From Owenia fusiformis (taxonomy: Eukaryota): DNA of 64,000 nucleotides. The stretch is taken from positions 8,060,001-8,124,000 of the forward strand of contig CAIIXF020000001.1 of the NCBI GenBank assembly GCA_903813345.2. Direction: 5' to 3'. Below the pieces are notes generated by a model. It ran no database searches and was not told where the DNA came from. It saw nothing but the letters and a program-made list of their open reading frames with translations. Shown in pieces: positions 35,201 to 47,312 of the stretch. Every line of letters begins with the position of its first letter. Position 1 is the first letter of the stretch. Position numbers and translations under genes: made by a program.

Positions 35201-37647
35201 AGATGTATGAAATAATTTTGCTACGAAAAATCAGCGAAAAATTATATCCATTTATTTATTTTCAGCCATTTTAGTTAACATTGATTTGTCCATCTGTCTC
35301 GCAAAATTCACTTTTGGACCATTTACCTTAAACCCTCTGTCGATAGGATTCCCATTTTAAGTTATTTTTGTTCAACATCAATACAAAAAACTCTCCTATG
35401 ACTCTTGGTTCAAAAGCTTGGCTATTTTCAAAATGGCCGTCACTTTTGTCTCATGAAATTCACTTTTGACCCATTTCCTAGCTTTACAAATAATTTCAGG
35501 TGTCCTACATTGTAAAAATCCATGTCTATGTAAAGGGTAGATATATGAAATAATTTTGTTACAAAAAATCAGCGAAAAATTGTATCCATTTTTTATTTTC
35601 AGCCATTTTAGTTAACATTGATTTGTCTATCTGACTCGCGAAATCGACTTTCTGTGGCACGTTTTAAAACCTCTGTCGATAGGATTCCTGTTTTAAGTTA
35701 TTTCTGTTCAACATCAATTCAGAAAACTCCCCTATAACTCCTGGTTCAAAAGCTCGCCTATTTTCAAAATGGCCGCCATTTTTGTCTCGCGAAATTCACT
35801 TTTGACCCATTTCCTAGCTTTACAAATAATTTCAAGTGCCCTACATTGTAAAAATCCATGTCAATGTAAAGAGTAGATGTATGAAATAATTTTGTTACGA
35901 AAAATCAGCGAAAAATTATATCCATTTATTTATTTTCAGCCATTTTAGTTAACATTGATTTGTCCATCTGTCTCGCAAAATCCACTTTTGGACCATTTAC
36001 CTTAAACCCTCTGTCGATAGAATTCCCATTTTAAGTTAATTTTGTTCAACATCAATACAAAAACTCTCCTATGACTCTTGGTTCAAAAGCTCGCCTATTT
36101 TCAAAATGGTTGCCATTCTTGTTTCGCGAAATTCACTTTTGACCCATTTCCTAGCTTTACAAATAATTTCAGCTGTCCTGCATTGTAAAAAGCCATGTCA
36201 CTGTAAAACGTAGTTGTATGAAATAATTTTGTTACAAAAATCGGCAAAATATTATATCCGTTTTTTTTTTATTTTCAGCCATTTTAGTTAACATTGATTT
36301 GTCCATCTGTCTCGCGAAATCCTCTTTTGGACCATTTGCTTAAAACCTCTGTCGATAGGATTCCAGTTTCAAGTTATTTTTGTTCAACATCAATACAAAA
36401 AACTCCCCTATGACTCCTGGTTCAAAAGCTTGCCTGATTTCAAAATGGTCGTCATTTTTGTCTCGCAAAATTCAATTTTGGCCCATTTCCTAGCTTTACA
36501 AATAATTTCAGGTGTCTTGCATTGCAAAAAGCCATGTCACTGTAAAGAGTAGATGTATGAAATAATTTTGTTACAAATTATTGGCAAAAAATTATATCAA
36601 TTTTTTTCAGCCATTTTAATTGACTGAGAGACAGATGGCTTGAAATAATTTTGTAACAAAAAATCAGCAAAAAATTATATCCATTTTTTCTGTCACCATG
36701 TGAGCCCAGTACCCATGGTACTAATTTTTAGGGTTTAGACGCGACTCCTACGGTACTAATGTTACCTATGTTTTTCTCTTTTAGATGCCATTGGTCCCCT
36801 TTATTCCAGCATGTAGTATACTTATCAACTGTTGCCTGGTTGTAAAGCTAAGGCCATCAACTTGGATTCGTTATTGTATATCTTTAGCAATAGGTAAGGA
36901 GCCATTTCAATTGTCACCCAAAACCTTTTATCAGTTGGAAGCTGTAATATATAGAGGTTATTTAATGAGGGATGAAATATGAATTTTATTCCGAGGGAAA
37001 ATATAATTTGACGATTGACCAGGGTGCCCGAGTGTCGATATGATATTTTCAGATGCCTATATCATATTTTCTCAAGGAAAAAAACATTCCATCACGGCCA
37101 TCAATAAGCTATTTATTCCATCATATTTTTTCCAAAACTTATTTATTTTAAAGTGTTTTTGTTTTCTTTTTATTTCAAAGAAGAAAAAATATGCAAAAAT
37201 AAGAAATGCAAAATACAATTACAATACAGTTTCATGGAAAACGTACAGTATGTATTGGTTACACGTTAGTGTTTAAGAATTTTATACCTTTGGCAATTTT
37301 TTTTATCTTAAGGAAAAATTATCAGTGTCATTTGTTTAATTTTGCTTCCATGATTTTCCACTTTTGTATGTCATCACACAATGATGGTGACATAAAAAGA
37401 TACGTTTAATTTATCATGACATTTTAGATTTTTATTAACAAGTTTTAAAATAGAAATATATTAAAGCATACATCTTTTGATTTCAGGACTTATTATATAT
37501 TTTACCTATGGTATACGCCAGAGCAATGAAAATAGAGCTTTGTCTACAGACAGTCAAATGGTGTCTTACTCTGAACTGTCGAATGAGGCTAACGAGTCGA
37601 TGAACTCTCAGGACACTAAACCAGAATCGCACACGAGGATTGAGTGA
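32258..37647 (+). CDS. SLC7 cationic amino acid transporter-like paralogue B, ~633 aa; exons 32258-33889 (in-frame ATG also at 32204), 36785-36893, 37487-37647
   Basis: Motifs LKRSL, GIGSMVGSGIFV, AGPA, CYAEFASRV.KTGSAYTY, GGFLPYG, MASDGLLF, MPLVPFIP..SILIN, YFTYGIRQS. GT-AG joins keep frame. Confidence 0.93.
34392..36726 (+). mobile_element. Non-autonomous Helentron/DINE-like element carrying a ~338-bp tandem array, in transporter B intron
   Basis: TT-flanked; subterminal IR gctcacatggtg (34394) / caccatgtgagc (36694); (GTCC/GTCT)n microsatellite at ~34428-34472; 3' stem-loop agtacccatggtact followed by a T run; array anchor cctctgtcgatag recurs at ~34495, 34647, 34994, 35333, 35669, 36006, 36344. 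Confidence 0.88.
36945..37115. repeat. Degenerate long palindrome of an interspersed hairpin repeat family
   Basis: ttattccgagggaaaatataat ... atcatattttctcaaggaaaaaa arms inside the last intron of transporter B. Confidence 0.45.
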
Positions 37648-37803
37648 TATGGACAGTCCACATTATTACGACAAGCATATGATATTGAAATTATATCATT
37701 GAACATGGGGCAAGGGTCGTATCTTAGATGCATCTCAGACGTCCATGGTGGTTTATCCATATAAAAGAAATCATAAAATCAAAAACCGAACAAAACATTT
37801 CAA

Positions 37804-38665
37804 AGGATGAGTCTGGGAATGAGTATGGATATCGACTTAGAAAATATTGAAAATTGTAATGTCTGCAAAACCAACTCAATCACACATATTAATAAACGTC
37901 AATATCTTATCCTTCTTCTGAGATTACAAAAATATCAATTTGTATCACAATTGATGAAGCATATCGGCATCAAGGACAGTGCATATCACTTTGTCAGTTC
38001 ATTGTATAGACATTGAATGGTATTTCTGGATAAGTGAATTGGTGTTTATCTGGGTAATCAAGGGATTATAGTCACTTAAAGTTACTGAGCATCCAATTTT
38101 GAGACTTCAATTGTGTTGGTGAAGTTACACATATTTCAGTCAAATTCATGCTGAGCACAAGATTTTGGTTTTAATTTTATAATCTCTATACATGACCCTA
38201 GGAATGAAGAGTCAGAATCAGTCAAAAAACCTAAACCAGAAAACTGTGTTCATTGTGAAAACTAAAAGTGAAGCAACTTTTTCTGACATTTCTTATATCA
38301 AATGGCAGCCATTTTGTTTCCCCCCTTTAAATTAAACTGGCGGGAAATTCAAAAATTTGAAAACAATTTTAATCCTTAAATATATTTCAAAAATATGATT
38401 TTCTTTTTAATTCTTCATGGGTCTTAAGTTATTTCTTCTTTGTATGTCATACATGTTGCCATTGGTGTTTTTTCTATGATTATGACCTTTTTATGCCTTT
38501 TTATTTGTTAAGACACTTATTCTGACTCTCAGCAGGGGGTTAATTATGCATCAAAACTCATGAAAAAGTAAATATACTTATCAAATATAACTAGGACAGT
38601 AATAAAAACCATATTTCACATACATTTGACTGAAGGACCAAAAAGGCATATTCCAGACACATCCT
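37804..38665. mobile_element. Possible Kolobok-like non-autonomous element
   Basis: tcaa|aggatgagtctgggaat ... attccagacacatcct|ttaa: short imperfect TIR with TTAA-like flanks. Confidence 0.5.
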
Positions 38666-38828
38666 TTAAATGACACGCAAGTAAACTTCTAAGACTTGGA
38701 GATGGGTAATTGAAATATTAAAGCAGTAATTGCATTGCACAAAAATGTTCCAACATATTCTTTAAATTGTACCTATTCATTTGTAAATATGCAATAAAAC
38801 TACAGTATATATAACCATGTATATGTAA

Positions 38829-39410
38829 CCCCCCCCCTATCACACCAAACTAGTTCTTACCCGTTCTTGCCAGTCCTACGAAAATGTCGTAAAACGGGCT
38901 CAATCTGGCTGCGGTCGGGATATATGTCTAAAATAATTAGCTACTTCGTTCATAAACAGTCTTCAATACGTCCATCTCATTCGCAGTTCGTTCAGGTCGC
39001 ACTACGTCGGTGTGCAACGTAGTAGAAACCGTCCCTTAGTCTAGAAGGTCATCATGACCTGATTACAGAACGGTATGTTCGCCATCGAATTTTGAATCGA
39101 TTCAAAATTCTAAATCACATACCCCGTCCGGGAAAGTCCATGAAGTTCGTAAACAGACCGTAGAACGTTGTATCTACGTTCATTCAGTTCGCACACAGTT
39201 TAAAACCGATTCGGCAACGTTTTACGATCACCAGAAAATTTTGAGCATGCTCTAAGTGCTGGAAAACCTACTCGTTCTAGTAGTTTCATGAAGTTTGTAA
39301 ACAGATCCCAAACGGTTCTTAGTGGGTTCTTAGTACGTCAAATCCGTTCGTGCACAGTTAAAGCCCGTTTTCGAGAACGTAGTGAGAACTAGTTTGGTGT
39401 GATAGTAGGT
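38829..39410. mobile_element. MITE (possibly PIF/Harbinger-type)
   Basis: 21-bp TIR ctatcacaccaaactagttct (38837-38857 / 39385-39405); TAA-like flanks. Confidence 0.75.
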
Positions 39411-39985
39411 TAAGATGCAATAATAAAAAAGATGGTTGCAGTTGGAGAAATTGATACTTTGAGAATTAAGATACACGGTTTGGATTCATTCATTACCAAC
39501 TTTGGTACTTCTCATTCAGACACCCTTTTCAGACTTGTTTAAGAAAACACGAGGTTTAGAAAAATAGCGAGAACAGTCTCTAAACTGAAATGGAATGCAT
39601 ACTAATATTTATATCCGCAAGCATTGAAGAAAAAAGTATCAATTGATGTTTGTGTAATTTGTACCAAAAAGTGCAATGGAGAAAATGACAGGACAAACAT
39701 CCTCCGAACACAGGGGTCTAGACTTCATTTCACTAGCACTCTGTTCTTCCAACAGAGCGGATAATATCCAGTCCTCTGCGTTTGGAGGATGCAGGACCAT
39801 CAAAATCAGAAGTTAGTCAGAGCAATATGCTCTTACTGGTTTTTCAATATGCATTTGAAATGTAGCTATTTACATCACAAAAAATATTTTTTCTTCTTTT
39901 CACAACCTTTATTTTACTAAACAGGACGTTACGGATCCTGTCTGGATCTTTTTTTCTGGAGATTTCTATCATAGGGTACATAGGG

Positions 39986-40310
39986 TACTATCACACCAAA
40001 CTAGTTCTCACTACGTTCTCGAAAACGGGCTTAAACTGCGCACGAACGGATTTGACGTACCAAGAACGTTGCCAAATCGGTTTAAACTGTGTGCGAACTG
40101 AATGAACGTAACTACAACGCTCTACGGTCTGTTTACGAACTTCATGGACTTTCCAGGACGGGGAATGTGATTTAGAATTTTGAATCATTCAAAATTCGAT
40201 GGCGACCATACCGTTCTGTAATCAGGTCATGATGACCTTCTAGACGCGTTATACGACGTTGCACACTGACGTGGTGCGACCTGAACGAACTGCGAATGAG
40301 ATGGACGTAT
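39986..40310 (-). mobile_element. Truncated, internally deleted, inverted second copy of the 38829-39410 MITE
   Basis: Reverse complement of ~38965-39407, lacking ~100 bp internally. Confidence 0.85.
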
Positions 40311-40592
40311 GGACATATTGTTACATAGCGAGAGAGTTTTCCTTAAAACGCTAGCAATCCAACATCTAATATGCGAAGTTCAAATTTTATAGGCTTATGT
40401 CTTGGGAATAGCAGTTCGTTTGAGAAAAAAATTCCAATATGGCTGCTCAATTCAACATAGCCACTTTTTCTTAAAAAATATTTTGTCAAATTTGACTCTT
40501 ATTTAGACGAAATTTTCAAAATAGCTGCTGAATTTATAATGGTCACTATTTTCAGAAGAAATGCAATTTCTGATGATGCATCTTTTTGACTA

Positions 40593-41231
40593 CAGGGTGT
40601 CCCGAAAGTATGCCCCCCTAGGCAGACATACAACAATGTCCCCATAGTATGTATCATATATCATTTTAAAGCTTGTCCAAAGTTACATTGATTTGCCAAG
40701 TATCGCGGTTCAACTCACAAATGGGAAAAAGTTACATACATTTCAAATTGTACTATTTTACCAAAATTAAAGTTTAGTTTTACACAAAATTAATAGTTGC
40801 CGCGTCTCCCTTGGCCATGTTAACAGTAGCAATTCTTTCCAGATATGACCTTAAATACACTGCAAATAGGGGTATGGCATTTAATAATCCTAATAAAACC
40901 TTTTTAAGGCATTTTAGAAGAGTTTCCTGGGAGTATCTGCCCTTACCGACCTCTTTTTACAACTCAATATCCATCCTCTCTTTAATGATATCACCCATAT
41001 TTTTGGTCACATTCAGGTTAGCGGTGTTTCCAGGATACTGATTTTAACTTTACTTTTGGCCAAACACTAAGTTTTGAAATGTCTCTAACTTTTTCCCATT
41101 GTAAATTGAACGATGATACTTGGCAAATCAATGTAACTTTGGATGTTTTTTAAAAAAATGATATATGACACATACTATGGGGACATTGGTGTATGTCTGC
41201 CTAGGGGGGGGGATACTTTCGGGACACCCTG
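40593..41231. mobile_element. Tc1/mariner-type MITE
   Basis: ta|cagggtgtcccgaaagtat ... atactttcgggacaccctg|ta with ~190-bp TIRs. Confidence 0.9.
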
Positions 41232-41497
41232 TATACTGCCTGTTTCTATCATGTTATGTTCAAAACGAGAGTAATTTGAGAAACTACGTTAAGTTTGGTA
41301 GTATTTGCTTCTCTATGGAGTTGCCGTTTTTCTAGAATTATATTGCATAAGTTATTTGCTTTCTGTTAGGCTATGTGTTCTGTGTATGTAATGGCTTAAC
41401 CTGAAGAATCGGGGAACTAGTTTAAATATGTGTAGTATATGCTGCATACAAACTGGTTCTTGATAAATAGAGAAGTGTGAATATTATAAATAACAAA

Positions 41498-42508
41498 ATG
41501 TTAGCTTCAAAAGTATACTTCGTATTTTGCTCTGTCTTTGTTATTTCAATAGTGGCGTTTTTTGTACTTATGGCAGATAGAAAACTGATTAATGAACCTA
41601 GCATTTTTAGAAGAGAAAAGGCAAGGAAGCTGAATGAATTGGAATTAAATGTATTAAACTCTGGATTCAAGAAACATACAGTCGAGGAGAGGATGACACC
41701 ATTTAAAATCTACTCAGAAGCAAACAGAAAACTTGTGTTTTACAACAGAATGCCCAAATGTGGCTCACGCACTATGTTAACTTTATTTCAAAAAAGGAAT
41801 CATGTTTTTGAATTGACAGAAACAGATATATTCGATGAACGTCAATTGAATGAAAAAGAACTTTATGAATATGTACATTCATTCAAAAAATCATCAAAGA
41901 AACAGTTAAGAGAACGTCATCTTCATTTTGTTAATTTTGAAAGGTATGGTTTGAAGCAGCCAATTTATATCAACTTAATTAGAGAACCATTTGAGCAGGC
42001 TCTTTCGAGGTATTATTACCACTTTGAGAGAGGATTAGTTAAGAAACAATTAAAAGGGAGAAAAATCCAAACGTTTGAAGAATGTGTTGTGAACAATTTG
42101 AATAGCTCTCTACCAATTAAAGGATGCGTTTTCTCTTCAAGAGAATATGTGCTTTGGTTTTGTGGACATGATGAAGCATGTTCCTATATGGATTATGGAC
42201 TAGCAAAGGCCAAACGAAACATCGAGAAATATTACATGCTGATTGGCCTAACTGAGGAGTATGCTGAAACTTTACAAGCTTTAGAACTTATGCTACCATC
42301 TTACTTCAAGGGCATGGGTAAGATCGACACCAATGCTACGAAGAAACACAAAATACCATCTTCAAAAAAGATAAGACCATCTGAAAAAATAATCCAACTT
42401 ATCAAAATACGATTGGGATACAACTACGAAATATACAATTTTGTGAAACAAAAGTTCCACATCACATTGAAGAGCTTGGGGATATATTATACCAAAAATT
42501 CAATTTGA
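41498..42508 (+). CDS. Heparan sulfate 2-O-/uronyl 2-sulfotransferase-like Golgi sulfotransferase, single coding exon, 336 aa
   Basis: N-terminal type II TM anchor; 5'-PSB YNRMPKCGSRT; HLHFVNF; 3'-PB YINLIREP...SRYYY; WFCGHD..C; AKRNIE.YY.LIGLTEE. First ATG at 41498 (the ORF track uses GTG at 41477). Confidence 0.92.
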   Translation: MLASKVYFVFCSVFVISIVAFFVLMADRKLINEPSIFRREKARKLNELELNVLNSGFKKHTVEERMTPFKIYSEANRKLVFYNRMPKCGSRTMLTLFQKRNHVFELTETDIFDERQLNEKELYEYVHSFKKSSKKQLRERHLHFVNFERYGLKQPIYINLIREPFEQALSRYYYHFERGLVKKQLKGRKIQTFEECVVNNLNSSLPIKGCVFSSREYVLWFCGHDEACSYMDYGLAKAKRNIEKYYMLIGLTEEYAETLQALELMLPSYFKGMGKIDTNATKKHKIPSSKKIRPSEKIIQLIKIRLGYNYEIYNFVKQKFHITLKSLGIYYTKNSI

Positions 42509-42585
42509 AATAGAATAGAAATAGAAAAAAATCTAAGAAGTTTGGGAACCACAACTCCATGTAACTACGTATACAGTTGATAGTA

Positions 42586-45447
42586 CAGGGTGGTCAAAAA
42601 CGGCAACCCTAGTTTTTCCTAATATTGGCACACATGTACATCTATCAATTTCATACTAGACTGTGTTATTTCATGAACATTGGACTGATAGTCGCAATGT
42701 TACAGCACTTTAAATAAGGTGCCTCAGTTTTCCAAAATTGTGCTGTTGGCAAACCTGCGCACGTTTTCCAAACTTGTCAATGACATAACTGCATTCCTCA
42801 GCAAGTATGGCCTGAACGACATATGTGATCTTTATTTTGAGGTCAAATGTTTTTATGGTGTTATTACCCCGCACTCTATCTTTGGGGTATCCCCACTGGT
42901 AAAGATTAAATGGGACCATATCTGGGTTATGGGATGCCCATTCATTGTCTGTTGTACTGCTGATAATGTGGTAATTGAAGTGGTCCCAATGCCATTATTT
43001 TGCATCATTGGGTGTATGGGCTATGGTTCTGTCTTGTTGGAACCACTGTTGCTGCCTATCAACCCCCCTGGGTTCACCTTAAGTCCCCAAGAACTCCATG
43101 AGAATCACAAAAGAGTTTGATGATGACAGTTATTGCATCCGTTGGTATCATCAAAGGTAAAGGGCCCTATCTTCTGAGAACACCCTAAACTGTGCATCTG
43201 TCTGTGTGAAGGTGCCTCTCCACTACTTCATCAAGTGCTTGGCTCCCCAAGAATACATAATTGTTAGAGTTTACCAGTGCATCAAGTTTGAAATAGTGTT
43301 CATTTGAATAACAGACCAGCTCAGACAGGCCGAATGTGGCCATCTGGGGCATCTTGCTTAAAGTGCAGTAATATTGTGACTATCGATCAGTCAGATGGTC
43401 ATGAAATATGGTAGGTTGGTAGGAAATTGAATGATTTACAAATCGTCCCATTATTTCCGCATTGTTATGACTCACCTTTTACAGGTTTTGAGATAAGTAT
43501 ACTATCTTTCTAAATTTTTCATGAGTAATTCATTTCTGAGGTCCATTTCAATGGATCTCATCTCCTTTTGGAGATATCCAGTGCCACATTGCAGAGGCGT
43601 AGCTAGCCCATTTTGCGAGTGTACGCCCGTATGATTTCCCGGTTTTATCAAAATTAACAAAACGATGGTTCCATAAAATAGGAAGATCCCGGGTGTTCAG
43701 AAGATAGGGGACACACTAAACACTCTTAATTCAATGAAGGAAATATTGTTTGATCATTTTGACATAGCTTTTTAAAGGGATTGAATTAACTGTATTAACA
43801 TATAATATTCGGGAAACAAAATAGACAGATTCTATATAATCATGCCATCGGCGATCGAAGCCGTCTATCAAGGCGATTTTATTTTTTAGGCTACCTAAAA
43901 CTGTATGTATGAGGCTCATTGTTTTAAGCTTTTGTAGTCTAGTCATTCTCCATGAAATATTATTAATTTTTCTGTGTTTGTTTTTATCTAGCTCACAAGA
44001 TGATTAACAATAAAAGAACAGTTACACGACCGTCTCAACTCCATTTCGGATCTTAACAATCTGTACGTGATTCTATAGAATACATTCTATCTTTCTGTTT
44101 TTTTTGCATTTCCGAACATGCCAATAAGAGTATCAATGTTTATATCCTGTTCCCTATGGATATGTATCATGGCCAAGGAAGAAAGTCTTTCCTCGTTCAT
44201 TGTGGAACGCAAGTATGACTTAATGCGTTTCAAACTGCTAAAGCTTCAAACTGATTCAAAACAAAGAAAATGAAATAATCGAGAACTTTTTATTTATTAA
44301 CACGAGTCTTCATAGATCTCCTATCGATTTCTATCTCTTGGTAAAATATTTATTTTTCATCACAATTAATCAGGTAAATTTTATTTTTCCTTAAAATTTG
44401 AGAGTACGCCTGGGCGTACTTGGCGTACACGTAGCTACGCCACTGCATTGTTATAAGTGCAAAATGAGGAAAAAGAGTTCAGGCCCACCTTATCATATCT
44501 GTTTGGGTAGGCAGCAGAGCCAATCAGATACTTTGCAGGTAGTAATTAACAAAGGAGATCATAAATCATGATACCATACATGTAGTACAAACAAAATTAT
44601 TTGTAACAAAAAAAGTTCATCCAGTGAACTTAATCAATTACTGACCCTGTTATAGACTTTTTACCCTTGTCATGTACCTTTTACAGATCTGGTGGATTTA
44701 TACAAAATATTTACAATTTTTCGCACTTATGTTGTGTTGTTATGGCAACCACTTGACAAATCATGAACAAACTTGTCAAAACAACTAATTATAATATATA
44801 GATACATAATGAAATATGAATGCGATTGGATGTATGTAACAGAAATTATGGATGATTATCATAGTACCCCATCATAAAAGTAGCCAGGTGTGTATAAATG
44901 GCAATAATTCGCAGATGCTGAAAAACTAGACCCTATTATTTTCAAAATCAATGAGAAATGATATACTTCACATAATTAACATAATTAGAAAAATGCAATA
45001 CTGTAAGCAAAAAGATGGACCAAGCTCATCCATTATATTATTACCTTATCAGTTAAAATGGATCATGAGTCATATTCTTTATAATTAGATGGGCAGAATA
45101 ATGGTATACGAGACAATAACAAAATGGAAGTGAATAAAAATTCAGTTTTCAGGGTTATTTTGATATTTCAAAAACAAGAAACCATTCATTGCTAATCAGT
45201 GATTTTTGCTCTGCAAGGCCTACATATGTACACATGATTACCTATACGGAAAAATAAGTTTTTGAAAATTACTGAACAAAAGTTATGAATACCTAAACGT
45301 CAACCTCTTATTTCTCAATATCAGCGAAAATGCAATTGTAACAATGTGGAAATAATGGAACGAAATGTGTAAAATATCAGGGAGTTATTTCTTAGAATGA
45401 CAAAGATATTAGGAAAAACCAGGGTTGCCGGTTTTTTGACCACCCTG
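42586..45447 (-). mobile_element. Decayed Tc1/mariner-superfamily transposon (DD41D/rosa-like motifs)
   Basis: ta|cagggtggtcaaaaacggcaaccct ... agggttgccggttttttgaccaccctg|ta; minus-strand remnants YSNEHYFKLDALVNSNNY (~SDE.HF.L.G.VN) and YQWGYPKDRV...C....GKLRH, with frameshifts. Confidence 0.85.
43592..44445 (-). mobile_element. Deleted hAT element nested in the Tc1/mariner element; retains the C-terminal dimerisation-domain coding fragment (44245-44073)
   Basis: TIR cagaggcgtagcta / tagctacgccactg; flanking duplication cattg; fragment SFSSLKRIKSYLRSTMNEERLSSLAMIHIHRE...*. Confidence 0.88.
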
Positions 45448-45862
45448 TACTATATAAGCAGATATAAGGAACATTTTGTCTCCAGGAGTTTTAGGATACA
45501 AACCCGGGGATACAAATAGCTATATTGAACATACCATCTACATATTGATATACAACCTGAGTGTCGGTACAATTACAAAAAAGAATTTAATAATATTCTG
45601 CAAATCATAATTTGTTTTATAATCATTGTATCTGTAAAATCGGTACCTAGGAGTCAGTGAAGTTGCTGATTGTAGCACAAGGTGGCTAACTCTGGTCAGA
45701 ATACATCACAGGCACACGAAAACTTTCCCAAAATAGAATAACTTCAGATTTAGGAAATTGATTCTAAGTTGGATATACTATTTTTGAATATGTTCAGTCA
45801 AATAAATTGCATAAAACACAAGACAAGAAAATAATTGTACGTGTTCGAATGATATTCTAGTA

Positions 45863-46480
45863 TGCACCATTGTAAAAAGACGGGGCTATATACTCCTATA
45901 ATTATCCAAGTCATTTTTCCATTTATACATAAATATATATTTGATTTGCTTATTATCATCAAAGATATTGAGTAATTTTAAAATTTCAATGGGGAAAATC
46001 CAAGGCTTTTTGAGTATTTACTATTCTTTGATTTATTCTTACTTAATATATGGGAATCTTATTTGGGGGCTGCAAATCCTACATCAATCAACCCACTCCA
46101 TTTGTCCCAAAAAAGGTTTGTACGCCTAGCAACAAAAAGTGACCACAGAGCTCACTCCACCCCACTTTTTGAAATTTTAAAATTACTCAATATCTTTGAA
46201 GATACTAAGCAAGTCAAATATATATTTTTGTATAAATGGAAAAATGACTTGGATAATTATAGGAGTATATAGCCCCGTCTTTTTACAATGGTGCACGAGA
46301 GAAATCCCTACATACCAGAAATAGAACGACTTATGACCAACCCAAAACTCGAACAAATTATGGCAGATCATCTCTATCCTTTTCAATACCACAGCTTGGG
46401 AACAAACTACCAGAAAGTCTTAAAGAAATAAAAAGTATCTATATATTTAAAAAAGAACTAAAAAACTGTTTTTGGGGAAC
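45863..46480 (+). mobile_element. 3' fragment of an L2/CR1-group LINE with an inverted duplicated segment at its 5' side
   Basis: Frameshifted IYYSLIYSYLIYGNLIWG / LHLSQKRFVRL...HRAHSTPLFEILKLL; 45863-45989 is the reverse complement of 46169-46294. Confidence 0.75.
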
Positions 46481-46625
46481 TATTGATTCATTTGATATTT
46501 TGTTTTGTTTTTCCTCACTTCTTTTATTACTGGACATAACATATCTTATTGTAATAATCAAACACAGTTCTGATTCTTTTGACTTGATTGATAATTAGAC
46601 TCGAGTCTATTGCTTTTGCCAGTTT

Positions 46626-46743
46626 TCTTCTTCTTCTTCTTCCTCTTCCTCCTCCTCCTCCTCCTCCTCCTCCTCCCTCTCCCTCTCCCTCTCCCTCTCC
46701 CTCTCCCTCTCCCTCTCCCCCTCCCCCTCCCCCTACCCCTCCC
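46626..46743 (+). repeat. Compound polypyrimidine microsatellite (CTT)n(CCT)n(CCCTCT)n
   Basis: Directly visible; preceded by the palindrome tagactcgagtcta. Confidence 0.95.
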
Positions 46744-47312
46744 CGGAAATTGGGTCAAATTATTATCTAGGTCAAAGGTCAAGAACTAGGTCAGATCTTG
46801 TGTTTTCACTATTTTGCCAGTTTTCTCAGTCGTCCTTCAGTATTTTTGCTCCGTTTTTTTTCATCATGTTCCTTTGAAAAAAAACGCTAATTCCGGAAGG
46901 CAAATCGTTTGATTATTCTTACCGATTTTAAGATATGGCGTCCGAAAAGTAGGTCAGAACAGAAAGTTCTCCAAATTCAACATGTGAATTATGAAATAAG
47001 TGTAGAATTTTCTGAGGAATCTGAAAACCAAATTTTGATCCGAATACCGGTTCGGAAGTTATGGCGTTTTGAATCGCTAAATTTGTGCCCAATGTTAAGT
47101 CAATGGGAAAAAACGATTTGTTTGAAGTGTAATATACGAGATGTAACCTGAGTACAGCTTAATATAATGATTGCCTTTAAGAAGGGGTCTTCAAAAGCCA
47201 ACTAGCTTCAAAATCTGGACAGCAAAAATCAATGTTTTCTGCATCAACTTTATTATTTTGAGTAATATTCTACAAATATTGAATTCTGTGGAGTTGAATA
47301 TCTATGTGTATT

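Noticed and set aside
46558-46782. RG-rich and proline-rich ORFs
   Set aside because: They are translations of the microsatellite on either strand.
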